25,365 bases of DNA from Armatimonadia bacterium (GTDB lineage: Bacteria > Armatimonadota > Zipacnadia > Zipacnadales > UBA11051): assembly GCA_039683575.1 (NCBI GenBank), contig JBDKRC010000190.1:1-25365 (forward strand), read 5' to 3'. Under the pieces are notes generated by a model, which saw only the letters and a program-made list of their open reading frames with translations, was not told where the DNA came from and made no database searches. The translations under genes and the position numbers were made by a program. This document shows, piece by piece, positions 8,852-17,820 of the stretch (its first letter is position 1; each line of letters starts with the position of its first letter).

Positions 8852-11800
8852 TTACCGGCCCTCATCCCCATCCGTCCGCAGGTCAAGCGCCTTACCCTCA
8901 CGATTCTCAACCCGCACGTCCAGACCGAGGCTCTGCATCTCGCGCACCAGGATCTTGAACGACTCCGGCGTCCCCGGCTCGCGGATGTTGTCATCCTTGA
9001 CGATGGCCTCATAGGTCGCCACGCGGCCCTGTACATCGTCAGACTTGACGGTCAGCATCTCCTGCAAGCAGTAGGCTGCGCCGTAAGCCTCCAGCGCCCA
9101 CACTTCCATCTCACCAAACCGCTGTCCACCCATCTGCGCCTTGCCACCCAGCGGCTGCTGGGTAATCAGGGAGTATGGGCCCGTGGACCGGGCGTGGATC
9201 TTGTCCTCAACCAGATGGAGGAGTTTGAGGATGTACATGTAACCGACCATGACCGGCTGGTTGAACGGTTCGCCCGTGCGCCCGTCGTACAGCCAGGCCT
9301 TGCCGGTCTTGGAGTCGAACCCGACGCGCTTCTCGAAGTTGGCCACTGCCGCCTGCAGTACCAATTGCGCCGCCTGTGCGTCCTTGGCCTGAGCAAACTC
9401 CGCCTCGTCAATCCCCAGCCAGTCCGCGAGTTCGCCCATGGCTTCCTTGCCCGCCGCCTGCAGTTGCTTCAGAACGGCCTGCTGCTGCTCGGCGTAGGTA
9501 CCGCTCAGAACGCTCGGGTCTACGATCTCCCCGAACATGTTGAGCTCGGTCTGAGCATAGGCATGTAGCGCGCGGGTGTACAGCAACTCCGCCACCTCGA
9601 GCATGCCCTCCTTGATCTCAGCAATGGATACGCCCTGGAAAACCGGGGTGATGTACGTCCGCCCCAACTTCTTGGCGATCCAGCCCACGTGCGTCTCCAG
9701 GAGCTGTCCGATGTTCATACGGGACGGCACGCCCAGCGGGTTCAGGCAGATGTCAATCGGCGTTCCGTCCGACAGGTAGGGCATGTTCTCAGGCGGCAGC
9801 ACCTTCGAGATGACGCCCTTGTTGCCATGGCGCCCCGTCAGCTTGTCGCCTACCATGATCTTGCGCTTTTGCGCCACATAGACGCGCACGAGCTGGTTCA
9901 CGCCCGGCTTCAGTTCGTCGCCCGGCAGCTTTCGCAGCCGGCCGCCGCAGCGGTCGCATTCCAGTTGCCCATCCAGCGGCTTGCCAAAGTCATAGATCGA
10001 CTCGCACCGGTCGCAGCGGTACTTGTAGCGGGAGAAGACCTTCGTCGCGATGACGATGCCCTTCTCGCCGTGCGGCACCCGCAGCGACACGTCTCGCATC
10101 TCCTCGGCCTTCTTACCGAAGATTGCGATAACGAGTTTCTCTTCCGCCGTCAGCTCAGACTGGCCCTTGGGGGCCACTTTGCCGACCAGGATGTCCTCAG
10201 CGCGAACTTCCGCGCCGATCCGCACCACGCCGCCTACATCCAGATCCTTGAGGGCTTCGTCGCCCACATTCGGGATATCGCGGGTGATCTCTTCGGGCCC
10301 GAGTTTGGTGTCCCGCGCCTCACATTCCCACTTCTCGATATGCACTGAAGACAGCACGTCGTCGCGCATCAACCGTTCGTTGATGAGCACGGCGTCTTCA
10401 AAGTTGTAGCCTTCCCACGGCAGGAAGCAGACCAGGCAGCTTTTGCCCAGCGCCAGTTCGCCGTCTCTGGTCGCCGCGCCGTCGGACAGCGCCTGCCCCT
10501 TCACTACCTTCTGGCCGCGCCGTACCAGACGCTTCTGGCTGATGCACGTGCCCATGTTGGTGCGCAGGAAGTTCGCCAGCGGGTAATCCACTTCAAGGCC
10601 CGAAGCGTAGCGCATCTTGACGTGGTCGGCGTCGGCCTCGGTAACCTCGCCGTCCTCGTCGGCCAAGAGTACGGCACCGGAGTCCTCGGCTGACCGCCGC
10701 TCGACGCCCGTCTTCACTACCGGCTGCTCGGTGATAAGGAGCGGCACTGCCTGCCGCTGCATGTTGGAGCCTGCCAGAGCGCGCACCGCGTCGTCGTTCT
10801 CCAGGAACGGGACGAGGGCCGTCGCCACCGAGAAGACCTGCTTGGCCGACACGTCGCAGTAATCCACCTCATTGGGCGTAACCTGCGGGAACGTGCCGCC
10901 CTTGCGCACAATGATCCGGTCGCGAACGAAGCGGCCCTTCTCGACGGGCTCGGAAATCGTCGCCACGTTGAACAGCTCTTCTTCGTCCGCTGTCAGGTAC
11001 TCGATTTCGTCAGTGAGCTTGCCGCCCTTGACCTTGCGATACGGGGTCTCAATGAAGCCGTACTGATCAAGACGGGCGTGCAGCGCCAGATAACCGATCA
11101 GACCGACGTTCGGACCTTCAGGGGTCTCAATCGGGCAGATTCGGCCATAGTATGAATGGTGTACGTCGCGGACTTCCAGCTTCGCGCTCTGCTTGGACAG
11201 ACCGCCAGGGCCCAGGGCCGACAGGCGCCGCTTGTGCGCCAGTTCCGCCAGCGGGTTGATCTGGTCCATAAACTGCGAAAGCTGGCCGCTGCCGAAGAAG
11301 CTGTTGATCGCCGCCGTAATCGGCTTGATGCTGATGATGGACTGCGGCGCCATGTCATCGGGGTCAAGGCTCGTCATGCGCTCCTTGGCCACACGCTCCA
11401 TGCGCAGGAAGCCGGTGCGAAGCTGCGTCTGCAGGAGCTCGCCCACAGCTTTGACACGCTTGTTCATCAAATGGTCAATATCGTCCACAGCGCCTTCGCC
11501 CTTCGACAGGTTCAGGAGGTAGTGAACGATGGCCACGATGTCACGGCGGGTGAGGATATGAAGGTCGGGGTTGACGTCGATCCCGAGCTTCTTGTTGATC
11601 ATATAGCGGCCGACGCGCGACAGATCGTACTTCTTAATATCGAAGAAGTACGCGCGCAGCAGTGACTCGGCGCTGTCGAGGATGGGCGGGTCGCCGGGGC
11701 GGATCTTGCGGTACACGTCCAGCAGGCCCTCTTCGGCCGTGTGCGTGTTGTCGTCCGCCAGCGTCATCCGGAGCTGGTGCGGCACCATGATGACGTTGAT

Positions 11801-12670
11801 CTCCTTGCGCCCCATGCGCAGGATCTCTTTGGCCTCACGCTCGTCAATCACGCTCAGGTGATCCACGATCGTCTCGCCGTCCTCGTTCAGCACGCGGTCC
11901 AGCGAGAAGTACTCATCGTGGGTCTCAAGGCCCGGTGCCGTGTCCTCATCGCGCTTGGTCAGGCTCGAAATGAGATCCTTCAGGGGGATGCGCTTGCGCG
12001 TGCCGAAGCAGCGCAGGATCTCTTCATCGGTGCCGGTGGGAGGCGTGTTGGGGTCCTCGCCCTCGACCTCGAGGTAGTCAAGCGCTCGCAGGAGCGTGGT
12101 GACCGGGAACTTGCGCGCCTGGCCGATCTTCACGCCAATTACGCCGCTGGCCGCGGTGTCAACTTCCACCCAGGCCCCGTCATTCGGGATAACCTGGGCC
12201 GAGTACAACACGCGCCCCGAGGAATCGATGGCATCACGGAAATATACCGAAGGAGAGCGGGAGAGCTGGCTGATGACGACACGCTCGGCGCCGTTCACAA
12301 GGAACGTGCCGCGCGTGGTCATCTGGGGCAACTCGCCCATGTAGACTTCGAACTCTTTGATCTCGCCGGTCTCTTTGTTGACCAGCCGGACCTTGGCATA
12401 CAGTGGCGCCTCGAACGTAGCGTCACGCTCGCGGCACTCCGGGATGCTCCGCTTGGCCTCGCCAATGCGGTAGTCCAGGAACTCCAGGGAGATGTTGCCG
12501 GTGTAGTCCTCAATTGGCGAGAAGTTGTCAAACAGCTCGCGCAATCCATGCTCAATGAACCACTCATACGAGGCTGTCTGAATCTCGATTAGATAAGGGA
12601 GTTCAATGATATCCGGGGTCTTACGCCGCGATTCGTACACGACGTTAGGCATCGCTTGTGAAGTTGCCAT
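8852..12670 (-). CDS. rpoB: DNA-directed RNA polymerase subunit beta
   Basis: [58 protein letters not shown]. Likely ATG start 12670 after GAGGAGG (ORF extends to 12730). Confidence 0.98.
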   Translation of the reverse strand: MATSQAMPNVVYESRRKTPDIIELPYLIEIQTASYEWFIEHGLRELFDNFSPIEDYTGNISLEFLDYRIGEAKRSIPECRERDATFEAPLYAKVRLVNKETGEIKEFEVYMGELPQMTTRGTFLVNGAERVVISQLSRSPSVYFRDAIDSSGRVLYSAQVIPNDGAWVEVDTAASGVIGVKIGQARKFPVTTLLRALDYLEVEGEDPNTPPTGTDEEILRCFGTRKRIPLKDLISSLTKRDEDTAPGLETHDEYFSLDRVLNEDGETIVDHLSVIDEREAKEILRMGRKEINVIMVPHQLRMTLADDNTHTAEEGLLDVYRKIRPGDPPILDSAESLLRAYFFDIKKYDLSRVGRYMINKKLGIDVNPDLHILTRRDIVAIVHYLLNLSKGEGAVDDIDHLMNKRVKAVGELLQTQLRTGFLRMERVAKERMTSLDPDDMAPQSIISIKPITAAINSFFGSGQLSQFMDQINPLAELAHKRRLSALGPGGLSKQSAKLEVRDVHHSYYGRICPIETPEGPNVGLIGYLALHARLDQYGFIETPYRKVKGGKLTDEIEYLTADEEELFNVATISEPVEKGRFVRDRIIVRKGGTFPQVTPNEVDYCDVSAKQVFSVATALVPFLENDDAVRALAGSNMQRQAVPLLITEQPVVKTGVERRSAEDSGAVLLADEDGEVTEADADHVKMRYASGLEVDYPLANFLRTNMGTCISQKRLVRRGQKVVKGQALSDGAATRDGELALGKSCLVCFLPWEGYNFEDAVLINERLMRDDVLSSVHIEKWECEARDTKLGPEEITRDIPNVGDEALKDLDVGGVVRIGAEVRAEDILVGKVAPKGQSELTAEEKLVIAIFGKKAEEMRDVSLRVPHGEKGIVIATKVFSRYKYRCDRCESIYDFGKPLDGQLECDRCGGRLRKLPGDELKPGVNQLVRVYVAQKRKIMVGDKLTGRHGNKGVISKVLPPENMPYLSDGTPIDICLNPLGVPSRMNIGQLLETHVGWIAKKLGRTYITPVFQGVSIAEIKEGMLEVAELLYTRALHAYAQTELNMFGEIVDPSVLSGTYAEQQQAVLKQLQAAGKEAMGELADWLGIDEAEFAQAKDAQAAQLVLQAAVANFEKRVGFDSKTGKAWLYDGRTGEPFNQPVMVGYMYILKLLHLVEDKIHARSTGPYSLITQQPLGGKAQMGGQRFGEMEVWALEAYGAAYCLQEMLTVKSDDVQGRVATYEAIVKDDNIREPGTPESFKILVREMQSLGLDVRVENREGKALDLRTDGDEGR

Positions 12671-12761
12671 GTTCAGCGCAGTGCCTCCTCTAGTGGTGGT
12701 GCTTAACTGCAGTAGTAACCCCTCCGCCATGCGGGTACAGCGAGGACCGCTCTCCAGACAA

Positions 12762-12811
12762 GCAAAAAGCCCCCACTTCTCGACATCATCTTCTTGTCGA
12801 GAGCTGTGGAG
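12762..12811 (-). terminator. Terminator-like hairpin (possible attenuator) in the rpoB leader
   Basis: Minus strand CTCCAC-AG-CTCTCGACA-loop-TGTCGAGA-AGTGGGG-GC-TTTTTGC, between the promoter and the rpoB start. Confidence 0.55.
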
Positions 12812-12868
12812 TAACGGGGTAAATGGATCCTATGCAGTAACTTCTCGTGTCAGTCTCAAGGAATGTCA

Positions 12869-12896
12869 ATTATACAGCTTTTTTCCACTACGTCAA
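12869..12896 (-). promoter_or_regulatory. sigma70-type promoter for rpoBC
   Basis: Minus strand TTGACG-16 nt-TATAAT, with an A-tract in the spacer. Confidence 0.7.
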
Positions 12897-13223
12897 CCGC
12901 TAATTGGCGACCTACCGGCTCGCCCTGCCTGCTCGTAGCCAATGACCGCTCCAGGGCTGTCATGGTATGACATCGCTACATTACAGGCTCGACGCCGGCT
13001 CTCACCTGGGCGTAGCGTCACGGGGTGGTACATATAGCCAACAATCTCTCCACCCCTTCTGCCTCCCCGCGGCCGTGATTTCCCGCAATAACACGCGTCT
13101 GGGATGGCGGTGACTGCCCCGTCGGGACGTCTTCTCGGACCATGTTGCCCCCTCCGCCCCGCAGCCACTCTCAGGTTTGCAGCAAGACGCCATACTCAGC
13201 GGCGCAGCGGCGCCCGTAGGGGA

Positions 13224-13253
13224 TTGACGCCCCCGCCTCCGGCGGACTATACT
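13224..13253 (+). promoter_or_regulatory. sigma70-type promoter for the beta-barrel gene
   Basis: TTGACG-18 nt-TATACT about 45 nt upstream of the start codon. Confidence 0.6.
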
Positions 13254-13299
13254 GCCGCCGTCAGGCCTTCTCGGCCGACCCATCAGGGAGGTGACCAGG

Positions 13300-14013
13300 G
13301 TGCGTTGTTCTTTGCTCGTAGCTGCTGTATGTCTATTGCTCGTCGTCTCCGCCGCCTGTGCCCAGAGTTATGTCAGTGTATGGGAAGCCGGTGAGGCCAC
13401 ACAGACCTCGACTTCCTCGTGGTTTGGCAACGTCGGGATGATTGTAACACCGACAGCCGCCGTTCCAGCCCCCTCGGCGGCCACCGCACAGTGGCACCGC
13501 GTAGACCGCGATGCCGGCACTGTGGACGTCATTGGCGTGAACTTCGGCGTAACTAACTGGCTTGAGATCGGCGGCGCGCGCGTCGACGACGAAGCCGCTG
13601 AGGATGCCGAGGAGATCGCGAACGTCAAGGTCCTCCTCCCTGTCGCCAAGTGGTTTGATGAAGCCAACTGGCCCACAGTAGCCATTGGGGCTGTGGACGT
13701 CACCAACGAGCTGAACCGGTCTTTCTACCTGGTACTCAGCAAGGATCTCTCGGCGGGGACGCCTGCTCAGATCGCCAGGCAACTCAAGGTTCATCTGGGC
13801 GTCGCCGACAGCGATTCTGAGACTGGTGCGCTTGACGGCGTATTTGGCGGCATCGAGTTCGCAGCCTTCCGCGACGGCGTGGTCCAGGCTGAGTACGATG
13901 GGGACGCTTTCAACGCCGCCTTGCGCTACACCCCAATGGGCCGCATTTCGCTCGATATCGGCACCCTGGACAGCGACTTCGGGTTCGGTCTGACCTACCG
14001 CTCCAACTTCTAG
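13300..14013 (+). CDS. Exported outer-membrane beta-barrel protein, YjbH-like
   Basis: Signal peptide (MRCSLLVAAVCLLLVVSAACA-Q), G-x-IVTPTA motif near the N-terminus, amphipathic beta strands, C-terminal FGFGLTYRSNF (terminal Phe, BAM-type signal). GTG 13300 follows GGGAGGTG (ORF from 13291). Confidence 0.65.
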   Translation: MRCSLLVAAVCLLLVVSAACAQSYVSVWEAGEATQTSTSSWFGNVGMIVTPTAAVPAPSAATAQWHRVDRDAGTVDVIGVNFGVTNWLEIGGARVDDEAAEDAEEIANVKVLLPVAKWFDEANWPTVAIGAVDVTNELNRSFYLVLSKDLSAGTPAQIARQLKVHLGVADSDSETGALDGVFGGIEFAAFRDGVVQAEYDGDAFNAALRYTPMGRISLDIGTLDSDFGFGLTYRSNF

Positions 14014-14044
14014 GGGCGTTGACGTACGTCTAGCTGTAACCATC

Positions 14045-14074
14045 AGCCGCCCCGGCACCTGCCGGGGCGGCTTT
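14045..14074 (+). terminator. Hairpin terminator after the beta-barrel gene
   Basis: AGCCGCCCCGGCA-CC-TGCCGGGGCGGCT-TT perfect inverted repeat with short T run. Confidence 0.6.
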
Positions 14075-14152
14075 ACTGCGCGGGGGAGGTATCACCCCGC
14101 TCGTGGGCGAAGTAGCCCGCCAGCGGCCTACAACGATTGGAGACTTTGCACC

Positions 14153-15013
14153 TTGGACACCAGTACTTTTGCGACTTTCCCCCAGGGCGAATTCCTGCCG
14201 GGTACTCAGATTGAGGTTCGCACCCCTGACCTGCAGCGAGGGCGCCTGAAGTTCTGTCTGTTCGACTTCGACGGCACCATCTCGCTGATCCGGGAGGGCT
14301 GGCAGGAAGTCATGATCCCGATGATGGTGGACTTGCTTGAGGAGACATGCTCCGGCGAGACCCGCGAGCAGTACGAGGCGATCGTTTCCGAGTTCGTCAC
14401 GCGCCTCACCGGCAAGCAGACCATCTACCAGATGATCGAATTCGCCGAGAACATCGAAAAGCGCGGAAAGACCCCGCAGGACCCACTGGTATACAAGCAG
14501 ATGTACCTGGACCTGCTATGGGAGCGCATAGAGCACCGTGTAGCCGGGCTGCAAAGCGGGAGTGCCGACCCGGAGGACTGGATGGTTCCGGGTGCGCGGC
14601 GGATGCTGCAGCGGCTGGCGGACGCAGGTATCACGATGTATCTGGCCAGTGGCACCGATCACCGCTTCGTGGTCTCTGAGGCCCAGGCGCTGAAGGTTGA
14701 CCACTTCTTTGGCAAGTACATCTACGGCGCTCTGGACAACTACAAAGAGAGCTCCAAGAAGATCATCATCGAGCGCATCATTGCCGAGAACAACCTCCAT
14801 GGGCCGGAATTCTGTGGTTTTGGAGACGGCTTCGTGGAGATAGAGGACAGCAAGGACGCCGGCGGGCTGGCTGTGGGCGTGGCGACCGATGAGGAGACGC
14901 GCGTTGGCGTCAACGAGTGGAAGCGCAACCGCCTCATTCAGGCTGGCGCGGACATCATCGTGGCCGACTTTGGCGAGTGTGACAAGTTGCTTGACTATCT
15001 GGGCGTGTCTTAG
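14153..15013 (+). CDS. HAD-superfamily hydrolase/phosphatase
   Basis: Motif I FDFDGT, motif II LASGT, Lys motif, motif IV GDGFVE; GGAG RBS before TTG. Confidence 0.85.
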   Translation: MDTSTFATFPQGEFLPGTQIEVRTPDLQRGRLKFCLFDFDGTISLIREGWQEVMIPMMVDLLEETCSGETREQYEAIVSEFVTRLTGKQTIYQMIEFAENIEKRGKTPQDPLVYKQMYLDLLWERIEHRVAGLQSGSADPEDWMVPGARRMLQRLADAGITMYLASGTDHRFVVSEAQALKVDHFFGKYIYGALDNYKESSKKIIIERIIAENNLHGPEFCGFGDGFVEIEDSKDAGGLAVGVATDEETRVGVNEWKRNRLIQAGADIIVADFGECDKLLDYLGVS

Positions 15014-15067
15014 GGTGCGGAAGCCGGGCGAGACCCCTGGCATACCTACTCCGGGAGGGATCTACTG

Positions 15068-15931
15068 ATGAAGGCACCCTCGGTAGCCGCCACTGCGCGG
15101 ACCAGGTGCATGTTGTGTGGTAGTACAGAGTTCTCTGATCTCGTCGTGCCAGGCCAGTGCACGATGCGCTGCTGCCAGGGCTGCGGATTCTGGGTAAACT
15201 CCGGATACGAGCCCGACGAGGGCTGGTCTGCTCACTACGGCACGGAATACCAGGACAGCCTCTATGGTCGCGCCTCACGTCGCAAGCTACGCTCGGCGCG
15301 ATTCGCCGTGCGACAGATAGAGGGGCTGCGCTCCCCGGGGCGGCTGCTCGACATCGGTTCCTCCCTTGGCTACGTGGTCGCCGCCGCCCAGGAGCGGGGT
15401 TGGGACGCATACGGGGTGGATATCAGCGAGGATGCGGTGGTACGGTGCCAGGCCGAGGGGCTCAATTGCGCGCAGGGCGATATGCAGCACCTGCCCTACC
15501 CCGACGGTTTCTTCGATGTGGTGCATGCCAGGCATGTACTCGAACATGATCTGGAAGTATACGCCAGCCTCGAGGAGATGCGGCGTGTACTGGCCGAGGA
15601 TGGCCTGCTCGTGGTCGAGGTCCCGGACGCCGAGACCAGGAAGGTGAAGCGCGGCGGGGCCGGCTATGCCAAGTTCTGGTGGCCGGAGCACCATGTCTGT
15701 TTCACGGCAAAGACGCTGGCGGAGTTCATGAGGCGGGCAGGCTTCGCGTCGGTGCGATGGTCCGCAATGGCAGGACTGAATCGCGGCGGGGGCGGCACGC
15801 CCACGTTTCTGGTGTGGAAACTGGCGCACCTACTGAAGATGAGGCTGGGCCTGGCAACATATACCCAGGGCGTCTGGAGAAAGACCGGCGAGGCGAACTG
15901 GACGGGCGAGCCCAATGAGGCGACGGCCTAG
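15068..15931 (+). CDS. Class I SAM-dependent methyltransferase with N-terminal CxxC/CxxC zinc ribbon
   Basis: CMLC...CQGC; LLDIGSSLG motif I; GVDIS; FDVVHARHVLEH; GLLVVEVP. Confidence 0.85.
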   Translation: MKAPSVAATARTRCMLCGSTEFSDLVVPGQCTMRCCQGCGFWVNSGYEPDEGWSAHYGTEYQDSLYGRASRRKLRSARFAVRQIEGLRSPGRLLDIGSSLGYVVAAAQERGWDAYGVDISEDAVVRCQAEGLNCAQGDMQHLPYPDGFFDVVHARHVLEHDLEVYASLEEMRRVLAEDGLLVVEVPDAETRKVKRGGAGYAKFWWPEHHVCFTAKTLAEFMRRAGFASVRWSAMAGLNRGGGGTPTFLVWKLAHLLKMRLGLATYTQGVWRKTGEANWTGEPNEATA

Positions 15932-15985
15932 AGAGAGTGCGAGGATGCGGATCGGCCAGCACCTACACCCATGTATAGGAACACG

Positions 15986-16020
15986 AAGAGACGGAGCCCG
16001 TGGGCTCCGTCTCTTTCTTT
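15986..16020 (+). terminator. Terminator between convergent genes
   Basis: AAGAGACGGAGCCC-GT-GGGCTCCGTCTCTT followed by TCTTT. Confidence 0.7.
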
Positions 16021-16081
16021 GTGTCATCACAAGCGCAGTTCTGGGGGCACTTCCCCGCCGTTGTCACGAGAGCGGAGGTGC

Positions 16082-17131
16082 CTATCCCCGAGTGCCGTCA
16101 CCCACTGCAACCCGGCGCGGGTGGCCTTCGAGTAGCTGAACCGCCGCTTTGAGCATCTGCTCCATCGTGACTTCCTCAAGACATGGCCGGCCGTCCCCCC
16201 GCTTACATGGGTCAGAAGGCCGGCAGGGGCGAAACTCGCAGGCCGACCAGATGCCGATGGCTTTGTCACTGGTGGGGGCGCTACGGGTGGTGCTTGGCCC
16301 CATGGCGCACACTACCGGAGTGCCCAGGGCAAAGGCGTAGTGTGGCAGGCCAGAATCGTTTCCAACCGCGAGGTCGCAACGCGCCAGCAGGGCAGCAGCC
16401 TGGCCCAGGCTGGTCTTTCCCGCAATGATCACCGGAGCATGCTTCATGCCGGCGGCCAGGGCCTCGGCTCGCGGCACCTCGGGAGGACTACCGAAGATCA
16501 GGCACGTCGCACCTTTCTCCTCAGCCAGCCGGTCCCCGATCTGGCCGAAGCGCTCCGTCGGCCACTCTCGCGTGGGCTCTGCCGAGAACGGCAGCAACGC
16601 AACCACCGGATGCTTTCCCTCAAGCCCCAGTTCCTCCCACGCCTTTGCGGCAGCCGCCTGGTCTTCCGGGGACGGAAATAGCTCCGGTACGTAGTCGTCT
16701 ATGTTAAGGCCCAGATCCGAGCATTGCTCGAGGTAGTGCTGGGAGATGTACACATGGTCGCGGCGAGTGGGCATCCGGCGGGTGTAGAACATCTTGGCGC
16801 CCTCACGGGCGTCGTCGCGGCCGATGCGGATCGGGCTGGCCGACAGGGCGGTCACGAGACCGCTCTTGAGCAGGCACTGCAGATCGATGGTGATGTCGAA
16901 CTTGCCGCGAATCCTCGGCGCCAGAGCGCGCCAGGAGCTGAGCTTGCGGGGCTCGAGCACGAACACCTCATCAAGGTGAGGGTTATGCTTGATACCCGGC
17001 AAGGCCTTGGGTTCCACTACCCAGGCGAGATGGCAGTCAGGATAGAGCTGCTTGATCTGCCGGGCGACGGGCGTGCTCTGGATAGTGTCCCCGATGGCGG
17101 AGAGGCGGACTATGAGGATGCGTTTGGGCAT
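16082..17131 (-). CDS. Glycosyltransferase family 9 (LPS heptosyltransferase-like)
   Basis: MPKRILIVRLSAIGD, FDITIDLQ, REWP, GKTSL, VGNDSGLPH motifs typical of WaaC/WaaF-like GT9. Confidence 0.9.
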   Translation of the reverse strand: MPKRILIVRLSAIGDTIQSTPVARQIKQLYPDCHLAWVVEPKALPGIKHNPHLDEVFVLEPRKLSSWRALAPRIRGKFDITIDLQCLLKSGLVTALSASPIRIGRDDAREGAKMFYTRRMPTRRDHVYISQHYLEQCSDLGLNIDDYVPELFPSPEDQAAAAKAWEELGLEGKHPVVALLPFSAEPTREWPTERFGQIGDRLAEEKGATCLIFGSPPEVPRAEALAAGMKHAPVIIAGKTSLGQAAALLARCDLAVGNDSGLPHYAFALGTPVVCAMGPSTTRSAPTSDKAIGIWSACEFRPCRPSDPCKRGDGRPCLEEVTMEQMLKAAVQLLEGHPRRVAVGDGTRG

Positions 17132-17195
17132 GGGGTTTTCCACAGATAGAGCGTTCCTGCGAGGGCCACGGGCGAGCCGCCCGCGCCAGGGGTAC

Positions 17196-17666
17196 TTACG
17201 ACTTGGACTCGATACGCTGGAGCATGCTCGTGGTGGAGTGGCCTTCGAGCAGCGGCACAATCACGACTTCGCCCCCCAGTTCGCGCACGACGGGTGTCTC
17301 GGGCATCTTCTCGGGGTCATAGTCCCCGCCTTTGACCTGGATCTTCGGGCGCACGGCCTTGATCGTCTCGATGGGCGTGCTTTCGTCGAAGATGATGACA
17401 AAGTCAACGCAAGCCAGGGCCGTCAGTACGGCGGCGCGCTCCTCCTGGGGCACGAGCGGACGCTGGGGGCCTTTCAGGCCGCGGACTGAGGAGTCGGAGT
17501 TGAGGCCAACAACCAGCACGTCGCCAAGGCTGCGAGAGCGGTTGAGCAGCGAGAGGTGGCCCAAGTGCAAGAGGTCGAAGCAACCATTGGTGAAGACGAT
17601 GCGGGAAGTGTCGGAAAGGGTGTTGCGCAGGGCGCGGAAGGCTTCTCTGTCAACGACGAGACCCAT
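17196..17666 (-). CDS. rfaE2: D-glycero-beta-D-manno-heptose 1-phosphate adenylyltransferase (stand-alone RfaE/HldE domain II)
   Basis: VFTNGCFDLLHLGH, VVGLNSDSSVRGLKGPQRP, VKGGDY, GHSTT; GGAGG RBS before ATG 17666. Confidence 0.92.
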   Translation of the reverse strand: MGLVVDREAFRALRNTLSDTSRIVFTNGCFDLLHLGHLSLLNRSRSLGDVLVVGLNSDSSVRGLKGPQRPLVPQEERAAVLTALACVDFVIIFDESTPIETIKAVRPKIQVKGGDYDPEKMPETPVVRELGGEVVIVPLLEGHSTTSMLQRIESKS

Positions 17667-17739
17667 GTAATAACCTCCAATGGGGCGGGGCGAAGGCGCC
17701 GGGTAGGTAGTGCGACTGGTGTGAACGACGCCGCGGCTC

Positions 17740-17768
17740 AAGGTACACTAACGTCCGTGAATCGTCAA
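17740..17768 (-). promoter_or_regulatory. Possible sigma70 promoter for rfaE2-GT9
   Basis: Minus strand TTGACG-17 nt-TACCTT. Confidence 0.5.
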
Positions 17769-17820
17769 GAGCGCGGCCGGAGGTGCGGACGTGCGCGGCA
17801 CCGAATGTTAGGACACGCTT

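Noticed and set aside
11200-11300. Possible intrinsic rifampicin resistance in RpoB cluster I
   Set aside because: Key residues equivalent to E. coli Q513, D516, H526 and S531 are all wild type (SQFMDQ...HKRRLSAL).
3902-12670. Inteins or introns explaining the enlarged RNAP subunits
   Set aside because: Reading frames are continuous and the inserts lack intein C/S...HN-C/S/T termini and LAGLIDADG motifs.
12893-13394. Short ORFs in the rpoB / beta-barrel divergent intergenic region
   Set aside because: Arg/Pro/Gly-rich, no RBS or motifs, and they overlap the promoters.
14086-14114. SigH-like promoter pattern (GGAGGTAT...GCGAAG) before the HAD gene, with a weaker one before the oxidoreductase
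   Set aside because: Too degenerate to support without genome-wide motif analysis.
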